Source: an uncultured Ignavibacteria bacterium
GTDB lineage: Bacteria; Bacteroidota; Ignavibacteria; Ignavibacteriales; Ignavibacteriaceae
NCBI GenBank assembly: GCA_963713505.1
Contig: CAVQMC010000001.1
Location: 29,171 to 93,170 of the forward strand
Reading direction: 5' to 3'
Length of the DNA: 64,000 nt
This document shows, piece after piece, positions 1 through 9,467 of this stretch. The position numbers and the translations under genes were made by a program. The notes under the pieces were generated by a model. That model was not told where the DNA came from, did not search any database, and saw only the letters and a list, made by a program, of their open reading frames with translations. Each line of letters begins with the position of its first letter. The stretch's first letter is position 1.

Positions 1-90
1 AAAAATTGAATCCTTCTTTCAATCATAGAATTTATAAATTAAATGAACAAGACAATAAAAACGAATAATTTTATAAGATAATATTTCTTA

Positions 91-1539
91 ATGAATTACA
101 GAATAATTTTTAATATCGTCGGATATCTTTTATTATTGACCGGACTCTTCATGTTTTCCGGTGTTATTGTTTCATTTATTTATAACGAAAATGATTTTTA
201 TCCTCTGTTAATTTCTTCTATCGGCACATCTCTGATTGGAAGCGCTGTTTGGTATTTCACTAAAAAAAAATCCAACAAAGAACTTGGTAAAAGAGAGGGT
301 TATATAATTGTAACTTTGGGCTGGATTGCAATGTCCTTATTCGGTTCTATTCCATTTGTTATTCACGGTTCAATTCCAAACTATACAAATGCATTTTTCG
401 AAACAATTTCCGGATTTACAACAACCGGTGCTTCCATATTAAATGAAATTGAAAAACTTCCTCATGGTCTGCTATTCTGGAGAAGTTTAACTCAATGGCT
501 TGGAGGAATGGGAATAATAGTCCTTTCAATTGCTATTCTGCCTTTATTAGGAATTGGAGGAATGCAGTTGTTTATTGCAGAAGTTCCAGGTCCGACAAAA
601 GATAAAATTCATCCGAGAGTAAAAGAAACCGCAAAACGTTTGTGGGGAATTTATTTTCTGCTAACTGTTGCAGAAACTATATTGTTAACATTTGGAGGAA
701 TGAGTTTATTCGATGCAATAAATCATTCTTTTACAACAATGGCAACCGGAGGATTTTCAACAAAAACTGCAAGTATTGCATATTATAATTCTCCTTTTAT
801 TCATTATGTTATAATTATTTTTATGTTTTTTGCAGGCACAAATTTTACTTTACACTATTATGCGATTCACGGGAAATTTAATGTTATTAAAAAAAATAAT
901 GAATTTAGATTCTATTTCTTTTCAATTTTAATTTTTGCTTTAATAATTACCGTTATTCATTTGCCGCATGATCTTTTTGATTTTGAAGAATCAATTAGAC
1001 AGTCGTTATTTCACGTAACTTCTTTAGTAACAACAACCGGATATGTAACATCGGATTACGAAAATTGGGCACCCTTTTCCAGAATGCTTTTCTTTGCATT
1101 ATTATTTTTCGGAGGATGTGCCGGTTCAACAGGAGGCGGAATAAAAAGTATTAGACATCTTTTACTTTATAAAAACAGTTTACTTGAATTAAAACGACTT
1201 GTTCATCCAAGAGCAATCATTCCAGTTCGAATTAATGGAAAAGCTATTAATCCGGAAATAATTTCTAATGTTCAGGCATTTTTTATTTTTTACATTTTAA
1301 TTTTTGTCTTAGGCAGTATTTTATTATCTATACTTGGAATGGATTTTATAACTTCTGCGGGAGCTGTTGCCACATGCCTGGGAAATGTTGGTCCTGGAAT
1401 TGGTACTGTTGGACCGGTTAACAATTTTTCACATTTACCTGATACAGTTAAATGGATTCTAAGTTTTCTAATGCTTCTCGGAAGATTGGAATTATTTACC
1501 GTTCTTATTATTTTTTCACCTTCATTTTGGCGAAAATAA
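91..1539 (+). CDS. trkH: TrkH/KtrB-family potassium uptake membrane subunit
   Basis: 482-aa polytopic membrane ORF. Four pore-loop-like glycine motifs (GFTTTGAS, TMATGGFST, TTTGYVT, GSTGGGIK) are typical of the TrkH/KtrB family. ATG at 91. Confidence 0.85.
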   Translation: MNYRIIFNIVGYLLLLTGLFMFSGVIVSFIYNENDFYPLLISSIGTSLIGSAVWYFTKKKSNKELGKREGYIIVTLGWIAMSLFGSIPFVIHGSIPNYTNAFFETISGFTTTGASILNEIEKLPHGLLFWRSLTQWLGGMGIIVLSIAILPLLGIGGMQLFIAEVPGPTKDKIHPRVKETAKRLWGIYFLLTVAETILLTFGGMSLFDAINHSFTTMATGGFSTKTASIAYYNSPFIHYVIIIFMFFAGTNFTLHYYAIHGKFNVIKKNNEFRFYFFSILIFALIITVIHLPHDLFDFEESIRQSLFHVTSLVTTTGYVTSDYENWAPFSRMLFFALLFFGGCAGSTGGGIKSIRHLLLYKNSLLELKRLVHPRAIIPVRINGKAINPEIISNVQAFFIFYILIFVLGSILLSILGMDFITSAGAVATCLGNVGPGIGTVGPVNNFSHLPDTVKWILSFLMLLGRLELFTVLIIFSPSFWRK

Positions 1540-1646
1540 CTTTTATTTGCTGCAGATTTCGCTTATTATTCAATAAAACCAACGTTCGTTTTGGTACAGA
1601 AAATGACCTTAAAAACCTGTATATTAGTTAAAAATCGAAATATTAT

Positions 1647-3782
1647 ATGACCGGAAAAGAATTATTAAAAAAATATAATGATCCTAAAAATTTCTTTAAT
1701 AGAGATTTAAGCTGGGTTGAGTTTAACAGAAGAGTTCTAGAGGAAGCGCTGAATCCCGAATTACCTTTGCTGGAAAAAATAAAATTCGTCTCAATCTTTC
1801 ATTCTAATTTAGATGAATTTTATATGATAAGAATTTCAGGTCTCAAAGAGCAAATTGCCGCAAATATTTTAGAACCTTCCATCGACGGATTGACACCGAG
1901 AGAACAATTGGTTAAAATTGAAAAAGCTCTCCAGCCTATGTTAAAAAAGGTAATGAATCTTTGGCTGAAGGATATCGTTCCCTCCTTAAAGAAACAGGGA
2001 ATTGAAATTATAGATTATGATCAGATTTCAGAAAAAGAGAGAAATATCCTAACAGAATATTTTAAAAAAGAAATTTATCCCGTTCTTACTCCTTTAGCTT
2101 TCGATCCCGGAAGACCATTTCCATATATTTCTAACTTAAGTTTAAGCTTAGCAATTCTTGTAAAAAAACCAAACGGCGAAAATCATTTTGCTAGAGTAAA
2201 AGTTCCAAGCATTCTACCGAGATTAATGCAGATTGATAAAATATTAGAGCCGAATAAAAAAGTACATGTAAATGGAAAATATAATGCTAAGTTTATATGG
2301 CTGGGTGACTTGATAACTGCAAACCTTGGATTACTATTTCCGGGTATGGAAGTAATTGAAGCTCATAGATTTAGAATTACAAGAGATACAGATATAGAAC
2401 TGCAAGAAGACGAAGCTGATGACTTATTAAGTGTTATTGAAGAAAATATTAGACAAAGAAGATTTGGAAATGTTGTCCGCTTGGAAGTTTCGACAAATAC
2501 GCCTGATTTCATGATTGAGACATTAATTGAAAATCTTTTAATTAACAAAGAAGATGTTCATATTATTGACGGCCCTTTAGGTCTAGCAGATATAATGACT
2601 TTGTATGATTTACCTCTGCATCAATTAAAATCAAAACCTTACTATCCTGTTATTCCAAAAGAATTCGAAGAAGAAGATGATATTTTCAGTATTATAAAAC
2701 AAAGAGATATTCTACTGCATCATCCTTACCACTCTTTTACACCGGTGATAGACTTTATTAAACAAGCAGCTAAAGATCCCGATGTGCTTGCGATAAAACA
2801 AACGCTTTACAGAATCGGTTCGGATTCCCCAATAATTAAATATCTTAAAGAAGCAGCTGAACGCGGGAAACAAGTTGCGGTTTTAGTTGAATTAAAAGCA
2901 AGGTTTGATGAAGAAAATAATATCTTCTGGGCCCGCGAACTTGAAAAGGTTGGAATCCATGTAGTTTACGGCCTGGTTGGATTAAAAACGCATGCAAAAA
3001 TGACTTTAGTTGTAAGAAAAGAACTCGATGGTGTGAAAAGATATGTTCATCTTGCAACCGGCAATTATAATGTTTCTACAGCAAAACTTTATACTGATTT
3101 AGGTTTATTTACTGATGATCCGGATATTTGCACGGATATTTCCGACGTATTTAATTATTTGACTGGTTATTCAAAACAAAAAGAATTTAAAAAACTCTTT
3201 GTTGCACCTATTAATTTAAGAGAAAAGTTTCTTTCTTTAATCCTTCGTGAAATTGAACACGCAAAAGCCGGAAAAGAAGCTAAACTTATTTTTAAGTTGA
3301 ACTCTTTAGTTGATCCTGTTATTATAAGTGCATTATACGAAGCATCTAATACAGGTGTAAAAATTGAATTAATTAGCCGTGGAATTTGCTGTTTAGTTCC
3401 GGGTATACCAAAACTTAGCGAAAATATTAAAGTTTTTAGTATTGTCGGCAGATTTCTTGAACACAGCAGGATTTATTATTTCTATAACAATGGAAATGAA
3501 GAAGTTTATTTAAGCAGCGCTGATATTATGCAGAGAAATTTAGACAGAAGAGTGGAAATTGCTTTCCCGGTTGAAGATGAAAAAATTAAAGAAGAATTAA
3601 TTAATTCGATTTTAAAAGTTTGTTTGAAGGATAATGTAAAGGCCCGATACTTAAAGCCCGATATGAATTATGAATTTTTAGAAAAGAAAGACGGAACAAA
3701 AGAGATAGATTCGCAGGAATGGCTAATGAATCATACAGTGAAACTAAGCAATAAAAGCACCAAGGCTAAAATTAAGATTTAA
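1647..3782 (+). CDS. ppk1: polyphosphate kinase 1
   Basis: 711 aa. N-terminal FHSNLDEFYMIR motif, two PLD-like C-terminal domains (LKTHAKMTLVVR, FLEHSRIYYF) and overall PPK1 length. Confidence 0.95.
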   Translation: MTGKELLKKYNDPKNFFNRDLSWVEFNRRVLEEALNPELPLLEKIKFVSIFHSNLDEFYMIRISGLKEQIAANILEPSIDGLTPREQLVKIEKALQPMLKKVMNLWLKDIVPSLKKQGIEIIDYDQISEKERNILTEYFKKEIYPVLTPLAFDPGRPFPYISNLSLSLAILVKKPNGENHFARVKVPSILPRLMQIDKILEPNKKVHVNGKYNAKFIWLGDLITANLGLLFPGMEVIEAHRFRITRDTDIELQEDEADDLLSVIEENIRQRRFGNVVRLEVSTNTPDFMIETLIENLLINKEDVHIIDGPLGLADIMTLYDLPLHQLKSKPYYPVIPKEFEEEDDIFSIIKQRDILLHHPYHSFTPVIDFIKQAAKDPDVLAIKQTLYRIGSDSPIIKYLKEAAERGKQVAVLVELKARFDEENNIFWARELEKVGIHVVYGLVGLKTHAKMTLVVRKELDGVKRYVHLATGNYNVSTAKLYTDLGLFTDDPDICTDISDVFNYLTGYSKQKEFKKLFVAPINLREKFLSLILREIEHAKAGKEAKLIFKLNSLVDPVIISALYEASNTGVKIELISRGICCLVPGIPKLSENIKVFSIVGRFLEHSRIYYFYNNGNEEVYLSSADIMQRNLDRRVEIAFPVEDEKIKEELINSILKVCLKDNVKARYLKPDMNYEFLEKKDGTKEIDSQEWLMNHTVKLSNKSTKAKIKI

Positions 3783-3865
3783 ATATCTAACTGGAAAGCT
3801 TATTTATTAAATTCATATTACAAATTAATTTTTATAATTTTGATGAATAAATTGAAATAAAAAGG

Positions 3866-4978
3866 ATGTTTGAAATGATTGATATAACAAAAAGCGACAT
3901 TATTAATTCATTGAAGAAAATTGATGAAAAAGATTTAAAGAAGGATTTGATAAACCTTAATTCGATTAAAAATTTTGAATTAGATAAGAAAAATTTAAAA
4001 TTAGAATTATTTTTATCAATTCCTGAAAATGAAATAAATGAAAGCTTAAAACAGAAAATAAGTAATTTATTGAAATCAGATTTTAAAGAAATTAAAAATG
4101 TTGATTTAACAATTCATTCTAAAATTGCTGCTCCTAAAGATCCTAAAAAAGAGTCCCTATTGCCGGGAGTTAAAAATACTATTGCTGTTGCCAGCGGTAA
4201 AGGAGGAGTTGGTAAATCAACTGTTGCTGTAAACCTTGCGGTTGCTCTTGCAAAAGACGGAGCAAAAGTCGGATTAATTGATGCAGATATTTACGGTCCA
4301 AGTATTCCTTTAATGCTCGGAATAACAGGTAAACCTCAAGTCTATCAAAATCAAAAAACAATGAAAATTATTCCTTTGGAAAGTCATGGTATTAAATTAA
4401 TTTCCATTGGTGTTTTTGTTGATGATAATGCACCTGTTATTTGGCGCGGACCTATGGCAAGCGGTGCTGTTAAACAATTTCTTTCCGATGTTGACTGGGG
4501 CGAATTAGATTATTTAATTTTTGATATGCCTCCGGGAACAGGTGATATTCAATTAACTTTAGTACAAACTGTTCCGTTAACGGGAGGAGTCATCGTTACA
4601 ACACCTCAAGAAGTTTCTCTAATAGATGCAAGGAAAGCCGTAAAAATGTTTGCAAGAGTAAACGTTCCTATTTTAGGAATTGTTGAAAATATGAGTTATT
4701 TCATAGCTCCTGATACCGGTAAAAAATATGATATATTTGGAATTGGCGGTGGTTCAAAAATGGCCGAAGAATCTAATGTACCTTTCTTAGGCGGTATTCC
4801 AATTGATCCGCGGATAAGAATGGGCGGAGACAGCGGAGTTCCGATTGTTTATGATATGCCCGATTCCGAAAATGCTAAAATTATTACAGAAATTTCTAAA
4901 AATCTTGCACAGCAAATACATGTAAGGAACTTAACCGGCGGATCTAAAGTTGAAATTTTACTGGATGATGATGAATAA
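3866..4978 (+). CDS. apbC: Mrp/ApbC-type iron-sulfur cluster carrier ATPase with N-terminal DUF59/MIP18-like domain
   Basis: Deviant Walker A SGKGGVGKST, DMPPGTGD and later conserved blocks typical of the Mrp/NBP35 family. Confidence 0.9.
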   Translation: MFEMIDITKSDIINSLKKIDEKDLKKDLINLNSIKNFELDKKNLKLELFLSIPENEINESLKQKISNLLKSDFKEIKNVDLTIHSKIAAPKDPKKESLLPGVKNTIAVASGKGGVGKSTVAVNLAVALAKDGAKVGLIDADIYGPSIPLMLGITGKPQVYQNQKTMKIIPLESHGIKLISIGVFVDDNAPVIWRGPMASGAVKQFLSDVDWGELDYLIFDMPPGTGDIQLTLVQTVPLTGGVIVTTPQEVSLIDARKAVKMFARVNVPILGIVENMSYFIAPDTGKKYDIFGIGGGSKMAEESNVPFLGGIPIDPRIRMGGDSGVPIVYDMPDSENAKIITEISKNLAQQIHVRNLTGGSKVEILLDDDE

Positions 4979-5016
4979 AATATTCATACTTATATTGGAA
5001 TAGAATTCTATTAAAA

Positions 5017-5241
5017 ATGAAAGATGAAATATTAAAAGCAATAGATTCAATTAGACCCTTTCTCCAAGCAGATAGCGGCGACTTGGAATTAGTTGATATT
5101 TCCGAGGACGGAATAGTTACAGTTAAACTAACAGGTGCATGCAGCGAATGCCCGATGTCTATTATGACATTGCGAGCCGGTATTGAAAGATCTTTAATGC
5201 GCCAGGTTCCGGGAATAAGAAGAGTAGAGTCAGTTAACTAA
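5017..5241 (+). CDS. NifU C-terminal-domain-like Fe-S cluster protein
   Basis: 74 aa with GACSECPMSIMTLRAGIE (CxxC followed by TL..GIE) characteristic of the NifU C-terminal domain. Sits immediately after Mrp/ApbC. Confidence 0.8.
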   Translation: MKDEILKAIDSIRPFLQADSGDLELVDISEDGIVTVKLTGACSECPMSIMTLRAGIERSLMRQVPGIRRVESVN

Positions 5242-5277
5242 ATTTTGTAATAATTTATAATCAATTAAAATAAATTT

Positions 5278-6330
5278 ATGACAGATGCTGCCATAAAAAA
5301 AGTAGGACGAGTTTTAGTTTGGACTTTAGCTTCAATTCTCCTGCTTTATATAGTTTACTATTTATCCAATATTATTTTACTTGTTATCATTTCTCTTTTA
5401 CTTGCATTCATATTTGAACCTTTTGTAAGATTTTTAGAAAAAGAAGGATTCAATAGATTATCTGCCACTTTATCAGTATTAATTTTAGTTGGATTTTTAA
5501 TCTATCTTGCTTTTTCATTTTTTATACCTCGTTTTGCTTTCCAGATGAATCAGTTGATAGCAACATTGCAGGAATATTCACTGCATGATCAGCTAACAAA
5601 AATTGAACAAAGCATTCATAAATTCCTCCCAATTTTTAATCCGGGCGATTTGTCAAACAGAATTGAAGAGTTTATTTCTTCTTCTATTCTTAATTCATTT
5701 GATCAAATTGCAACTTTAGTTTCAAGCATAGTTTCTATTGCCGCAATATTAATAATTGTTCCTTTTATAACATTCTTTATTCTAAAAGATAGAAAAAGAA
5801 TTGTGTTGGCTTTAGTACATACAATGCCGAATAAATATTTTGAAATTAGCTACTGGATTATAAAAAAAGTCGGTATACAGCTTGGCAGATTTGTCCGCGG
5901 CTGGATTTATGATGCATCTTTTGTGGGAATTTCATTAGGCTTAGGATTTTTTGCAATTGGAATAGAAAATGCTCTTCCGCTTGGTTTGATTTCCGGACTC
6001 GGGCATTTAGTCCCTTACTTTGGTCCAATCATCGGCGGTATTCCGGCAATAATTATTTCTATAATTCAGTATGGAGATCTTTCACATGTTCCCTGGATTA
6101 TTTTTTTAATATTATGTGTGTATGCTTTAGATAATGGTTTTGTACAGCCTTATGTTTTTGCAAAAAGCGTAGATATGCATCCGATTGCAATCATATTATT
6201 AATTCTTATCGGAAGTCAGGTTTTTGGTATAATCGGAATGCTGCTTGCAGTTCCTGCAGCATCGGTTATAAGAACGGCTATTAAAGAAATATATTTTGCA
6301 TTGAAAAATTATAAAATTGCAAAGCTCTAG
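5278..6330 (+). CDS. AI-2E (PerM/YhhT) family transporter
   Basis: 350-aa multi-TM protein. The C-terminal half (GLGHLVPYFGPIIGGIPA...LAVP) matches the AI-2E family pattern. Confidence 0.8.
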   Translation: MTDAAIKKVGRVLVWTLASILLLYIVYYLSNIILLVIISLLLAFIFEPFVRFLEKEGFNRLSATLSVLILVGFLIYLAFSFFIPRFAFQMNQLIATLQEYSLHDQLTKIEQSIHKFLPIFNPGDLSNRIEEFISSSILNSFDQIATLVSSIVSIAAILIIVPFITFFILKDRKRIVLALVHTMPNKYFEISYWIIKKVGIQLGRFVRGWIYDASFVGISLGLGFFAIGIENALPLGLISGLGHLVPYFGPIIGGIPAIIISIIQYGDLSHVPWIIFLILCVYALDNGFVQPYVFAKSVDMHPIAIILLILIGSQVFGIIGMLLAVPAASVIRTAIKEIYFALKNYKIAKL

Positions 6331-7331
6331 TTTTTTAACTTCTCCATTAATTTTTCGATCACATTCACACTATTTATTCCATCCGCCTCTGCGCTGAAGT
6401 TTGTAATTATTCTATGACGCATTACGGGAACCATTGCAAAATTTATGTCATCAATATTAGGAGTAAATCTTCCCTGCATTACTGATCTGGTTTTTGCAGC
6501 TAATACCAAATATTGAGAGGCTCTCGGTCCAGCGCCCCAGCTTATCCAATCTTTTATAAATTGTGGAGAGAGTTCATTTGAAGGTCTCGTCATATTTGCA
6601 GATTTTACAGCATATTGAATTACATTTTCAGCAACCGGAACTTTTCTTACTAAATCCTGAAAATTTATAATTTCTTCTGCAGAAACTACTTTATTTAATT
6701 TAGGAATATATTCACTTGTTGTAGTCTGAACAACTTGTATTTCTTCATTAAATGTTGGATAATCAAGCCAAAGGTTAAACATAAATCTGTCTAATTGAGC
6801 TTCCGGAAGCGGGTAAGTACCTTCTTGTTCAATTGGATTTTGTGTAGCCAGTACAAAAAATGGTTCTGTTAAGGTATAAGTTGTTCCGGCAGCGGTAACT
6901 TTATGTTCCTGCATTGCTTCCAGTAATGCTGCTTGAGTTTTAGGAGGCGTTCTATTTATTTCATCTGCTAAAACAACATTAGCAAAAACTGGTCCGGAAA
7001 CAAATCTGAAATTTCTCTTTTTCGTGGCCGCATCTTCTTCAATTATTTCAGTGCCGGTAATATCACTCGGCATTAAATCGGGGGTAAACTGAATTCTGCT
7101 GAATTTAAGATCCATAACTTCAGCGAGAGTTTTAATTAATAAAGTTTTGGCAAGCCCGGGAACACCGACCAACAAACAATGTCCTTTCGATAAAAGAGAG
7201 ATTAATAATTGGTCAATAATTTCATCCTGACCAATTATTACTTTGGCAATTTCTTTTTTTACTTGAACCATTTTTTCATTCAATTGTTCAACTAAAAGCA
7301 CATCGTCTTTTGTTCCGATATTATTTTCCAA
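6327..7331 (-). CDS. MoxR-family AAA+ ATPase
   Basis: Walker A GVPGLAKT, Walker B LADEINR, then the ATQNPIEQEGTYPLPEAQLDRF block typical of AAA_3/MoxR. Confidence 0.9.
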   Translation of the reverse strand: MENNIGTKDDVLLVEQLNEKMVQVKKEIAKVIIGQDEIIDQLLISLLSKGHCLLVGVPGLAKTLLIKTLAEVMDLKFSRIQFTPDLMPSDITGTEIIEEDAATKKRNFRFVSGPVFANVVLADEINRTPPKTQAALLEAMQEHKVTAAGTTYTLTEPFFVLATQNPIEQEGTYPLPEAQLDRFMFNLWLDYPTFNEEIQVVQTTTSEYIPKLNKVVSAEEIINFQDLVRKVPVAENVIQYAVKSANMTRPSNELSPQFIKDWISWGAGPRASQYLVLAAKTRSVMQGRFTPNIDDINFAMVPVMRHRIITNFSAEADGINSVNVIEKLMEKLKN

Positions 7332-7364
7332 AATCTTCCCGGTTATTATTATATAAAGGATTAA

Positions 7365-8636
7365 TTATGATTCAATTTTCCAATAAATTTTATTTTTAAG
7401 CGAAGCAATCCATTTATTATAAAGCTGTTGTTTTTTGTATTCAGTTGCCAATTTTTTCAGTTCGGTATAGTCTTTATCTAAATCAACTTGATGCTGAGGA
7501 ATTCTTTCTTCGAGATAAACTATTTGGTATCCGTAACTTGAAGAAGAATATTCAATCCTTTTAGGAAAACTTATGTCGCCTTTTTTCATTTTAGATACAA
7601 CATCAAGCATAGATTTATCTAATTGATTTAGGTAGAAAGTCCCTAAATCTCCGCCGAAGGCTTTTGTATCTTTATCTTCATCGTATTTCTTTGCAAAGTT
7701 GGCAAATGATCCGTCACCTTTAACGATGCTGTCTCTTACATCAGAGAGAAATTCTATTGTTCTTAGATCAGCATTTTGATCATTTTTTATTTTGATTAAA
7801 ATATGACGACAATGTATTGATTCACCTCTTCGTTCTATAAGCTGAATAATATGAAAACCCACAGGTGATTCAACAACATCACTGATTTCACCGGGTTTTA
7901 AAGCAAATGCAGCAGCTTCAAATTCAGGATAAAAAACACCGCGTTTCACAAATCCTAAATCTCCGCCTTGAGAAGCGCTTCCGGGATCATCCGAATATTT
8001 TTTTGCCATTTCAGCAAAATCAGCACCGTGTTTTATAGAATCTAAAATAGCTTCGGCGATTTTTCTATATTTTTCTTTTACTTCAGGTGAAGCTTGAGGA
8101 TTTCTAAATATATGAGCAATTTTTACTTTTTCGGGAATAACACCTAAACTGTCTTTATATGTATTAAAAAAGTCTTCAACATCTCTTCTGGTAGCTTCAA
8201 CATCACCAAATTTTTTATCCTGAAGCTTTTGAATCATTATTTGTTTTCTAACTTCATCCTGCAGTTCTCTTCGAATTTTTTCAATACTCATTCCGTAAAT
8301 TTGTTCAATTTTCTCAACTGAACCATACTGCTGTTTAAAGACTTGAATCTGATAATCTATCCTTTGTTTCACTTCATCATCGGTTACATTAATTGAATCC
8401 AAATTGGCCTGTGCATATACAAGTTTTTCTTCTATCATTCCGTTTAAAACCTGCTGTCTTAAACCAGGAGTATTCGGATCAACATTTCTTGAACCGGCAT
8501 ACATTTCTGTTTTAAAATCTAATTCACTTTTAAGGATAATTTCATTTCCAACAACAGCTACTATTTTATCCAGTACTTTTTGAGGAAATACAGAAACAGA
8601 AAATAGCAATAAAAATAAAAACAGTTTAACTTTCAT
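7365..8636 (-). CDS. SurA-like periplasmic chaperone / parvulin-type peptidyl-prolyl isomerase
   Basis: Signal peptide, SurA-N-like region, and two parvulin-like segments (GGDLGF...GFHIIQL and GGDLG...). Confidence 0.8.
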   Translation of the reverse strand: MKVKLFLFLLLFSVSVFPQKVLDKIVAVVGNEIILKSELDFKTEMYAGSRNVDPNTPGLRQQVLNGMIEEKLVYAQANLDSINVTDDEVKQRIDYQIQVFKQQYGSVEKIEQIYGMSIEKIRRELQDEVRKQIMIQKLQDKKFGDVEATRRDVEDFFNTYKDSLGVIPEKVKIAHIFRNPQASPEVKEKYRKIAEAILDSIKHGADFAEMAKKYSDDPGSASQGGDLGFVKRGVFYPEFEAAAFALKPGEISDVVESPVGFHIIQLIERRGESIHCRHILIKIKNDQNADLRTIEFLSDVRDSIVKGDGSFANFAKKYDEDKDTKAFGGDLGTFYLNQLDKSMLDVVSKMKKGDISFPKRIEYSSSSYGYQIVYLEERIPQHQVDLDKDYTELKKLATEYKKQQLYNKWIASLKNKIYWKIES

Positions 8637-8643
8637 TTCTCAC

Positions 8644-9467
8644 CTAATTTTTAACCTCTATATCATATTTTGTGTATAAATCTTTAATATAATCGTTCAG
8701 CATATCTTTTTTCTTTTCTTCGTACAATCTTTTTTTAACAGTACCTTTTATAACATCTAAAGGAGGAATTGTTCCCTTTTCATATTTAGTTAATAATTGA
8801 ACGACCGAATAATCATTATTATCATTTTGGATGACAATACTAACTTCGTTAGGGAGTAATTCACTTAAAATTCTGAGTAAATTCAAAGGACTAATATCAG
8901 TTTCATCAATTAAAGTTTTTGACTGGAGACCAATAATATTTTTATCTTCTTTGAATAAATTAACAGCTTCGGTCCAGTCTCCTGCCAATACAGCAGATCT
9001 GAATTGGACAGCATCATCTTCTGTGTTAAAATCAATTCTATTAATTAAAAATGAATTGTTGTGAAGCTTGAACTGCTCGCTGTTTTTTTCGTAATAATAA
9101 TTTAATTCGGTTGTATCTATAACCGGGTTTTCTTTTTCAAAATATTTTCTAAGAAGTATTGAACCAGCTAATTCTTTTTGAGAATCTTCAACTAATTGCC
9201 GGTATTCTTTTTCGTTAGTAATTCCTTTTTTAAAGCTTCTTTATACAATACTTCCCTGTTTATCCAATCTCTAATTATTTCACTTTTATATTGTTTAATA
9301 CCTTTCGAAGTGTCGGCTAAATTTAATAGTTCATCCTTAGTCAAATATGAATCATTTACTTTAGCGACATATTTTTTAGGAGGATTTTGCCTGCCGCAGC
9401 CAGTATAAATAACTGCGGCTAACAAAATTAAAAGATAAATATTAGTCTTTTTTAAATGCTTCTTCAA
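8644..9467 (-). pseudogene. SurA-N-like periplasmic chaperone lipoprotein, interrupted by one frameshift (probable homopolymer indel)
   Basis: A TTG at 9467 gives the lipoprotein signal MKKHLKKTNIYLLILLAAVIYTGC. That frame stops at 9192 (...YKEALKKELLTKKNTGN*). A second frame is open from 9240 (RSFKKGITNEKEYRQLVEDSQKELAGSILLRKYF...) to the stop at 8644. The switch fits the T6/A6 run at 9226..9231. Confidence 0.65.

Noticed and set aside
6327-6330. Convergent AI-2E and MoxR genes share a palindromic CTAG, so both stop codons overlap
   Set aside because: Real but trivial. It reflects compact gene packing and has no regulatory implication.
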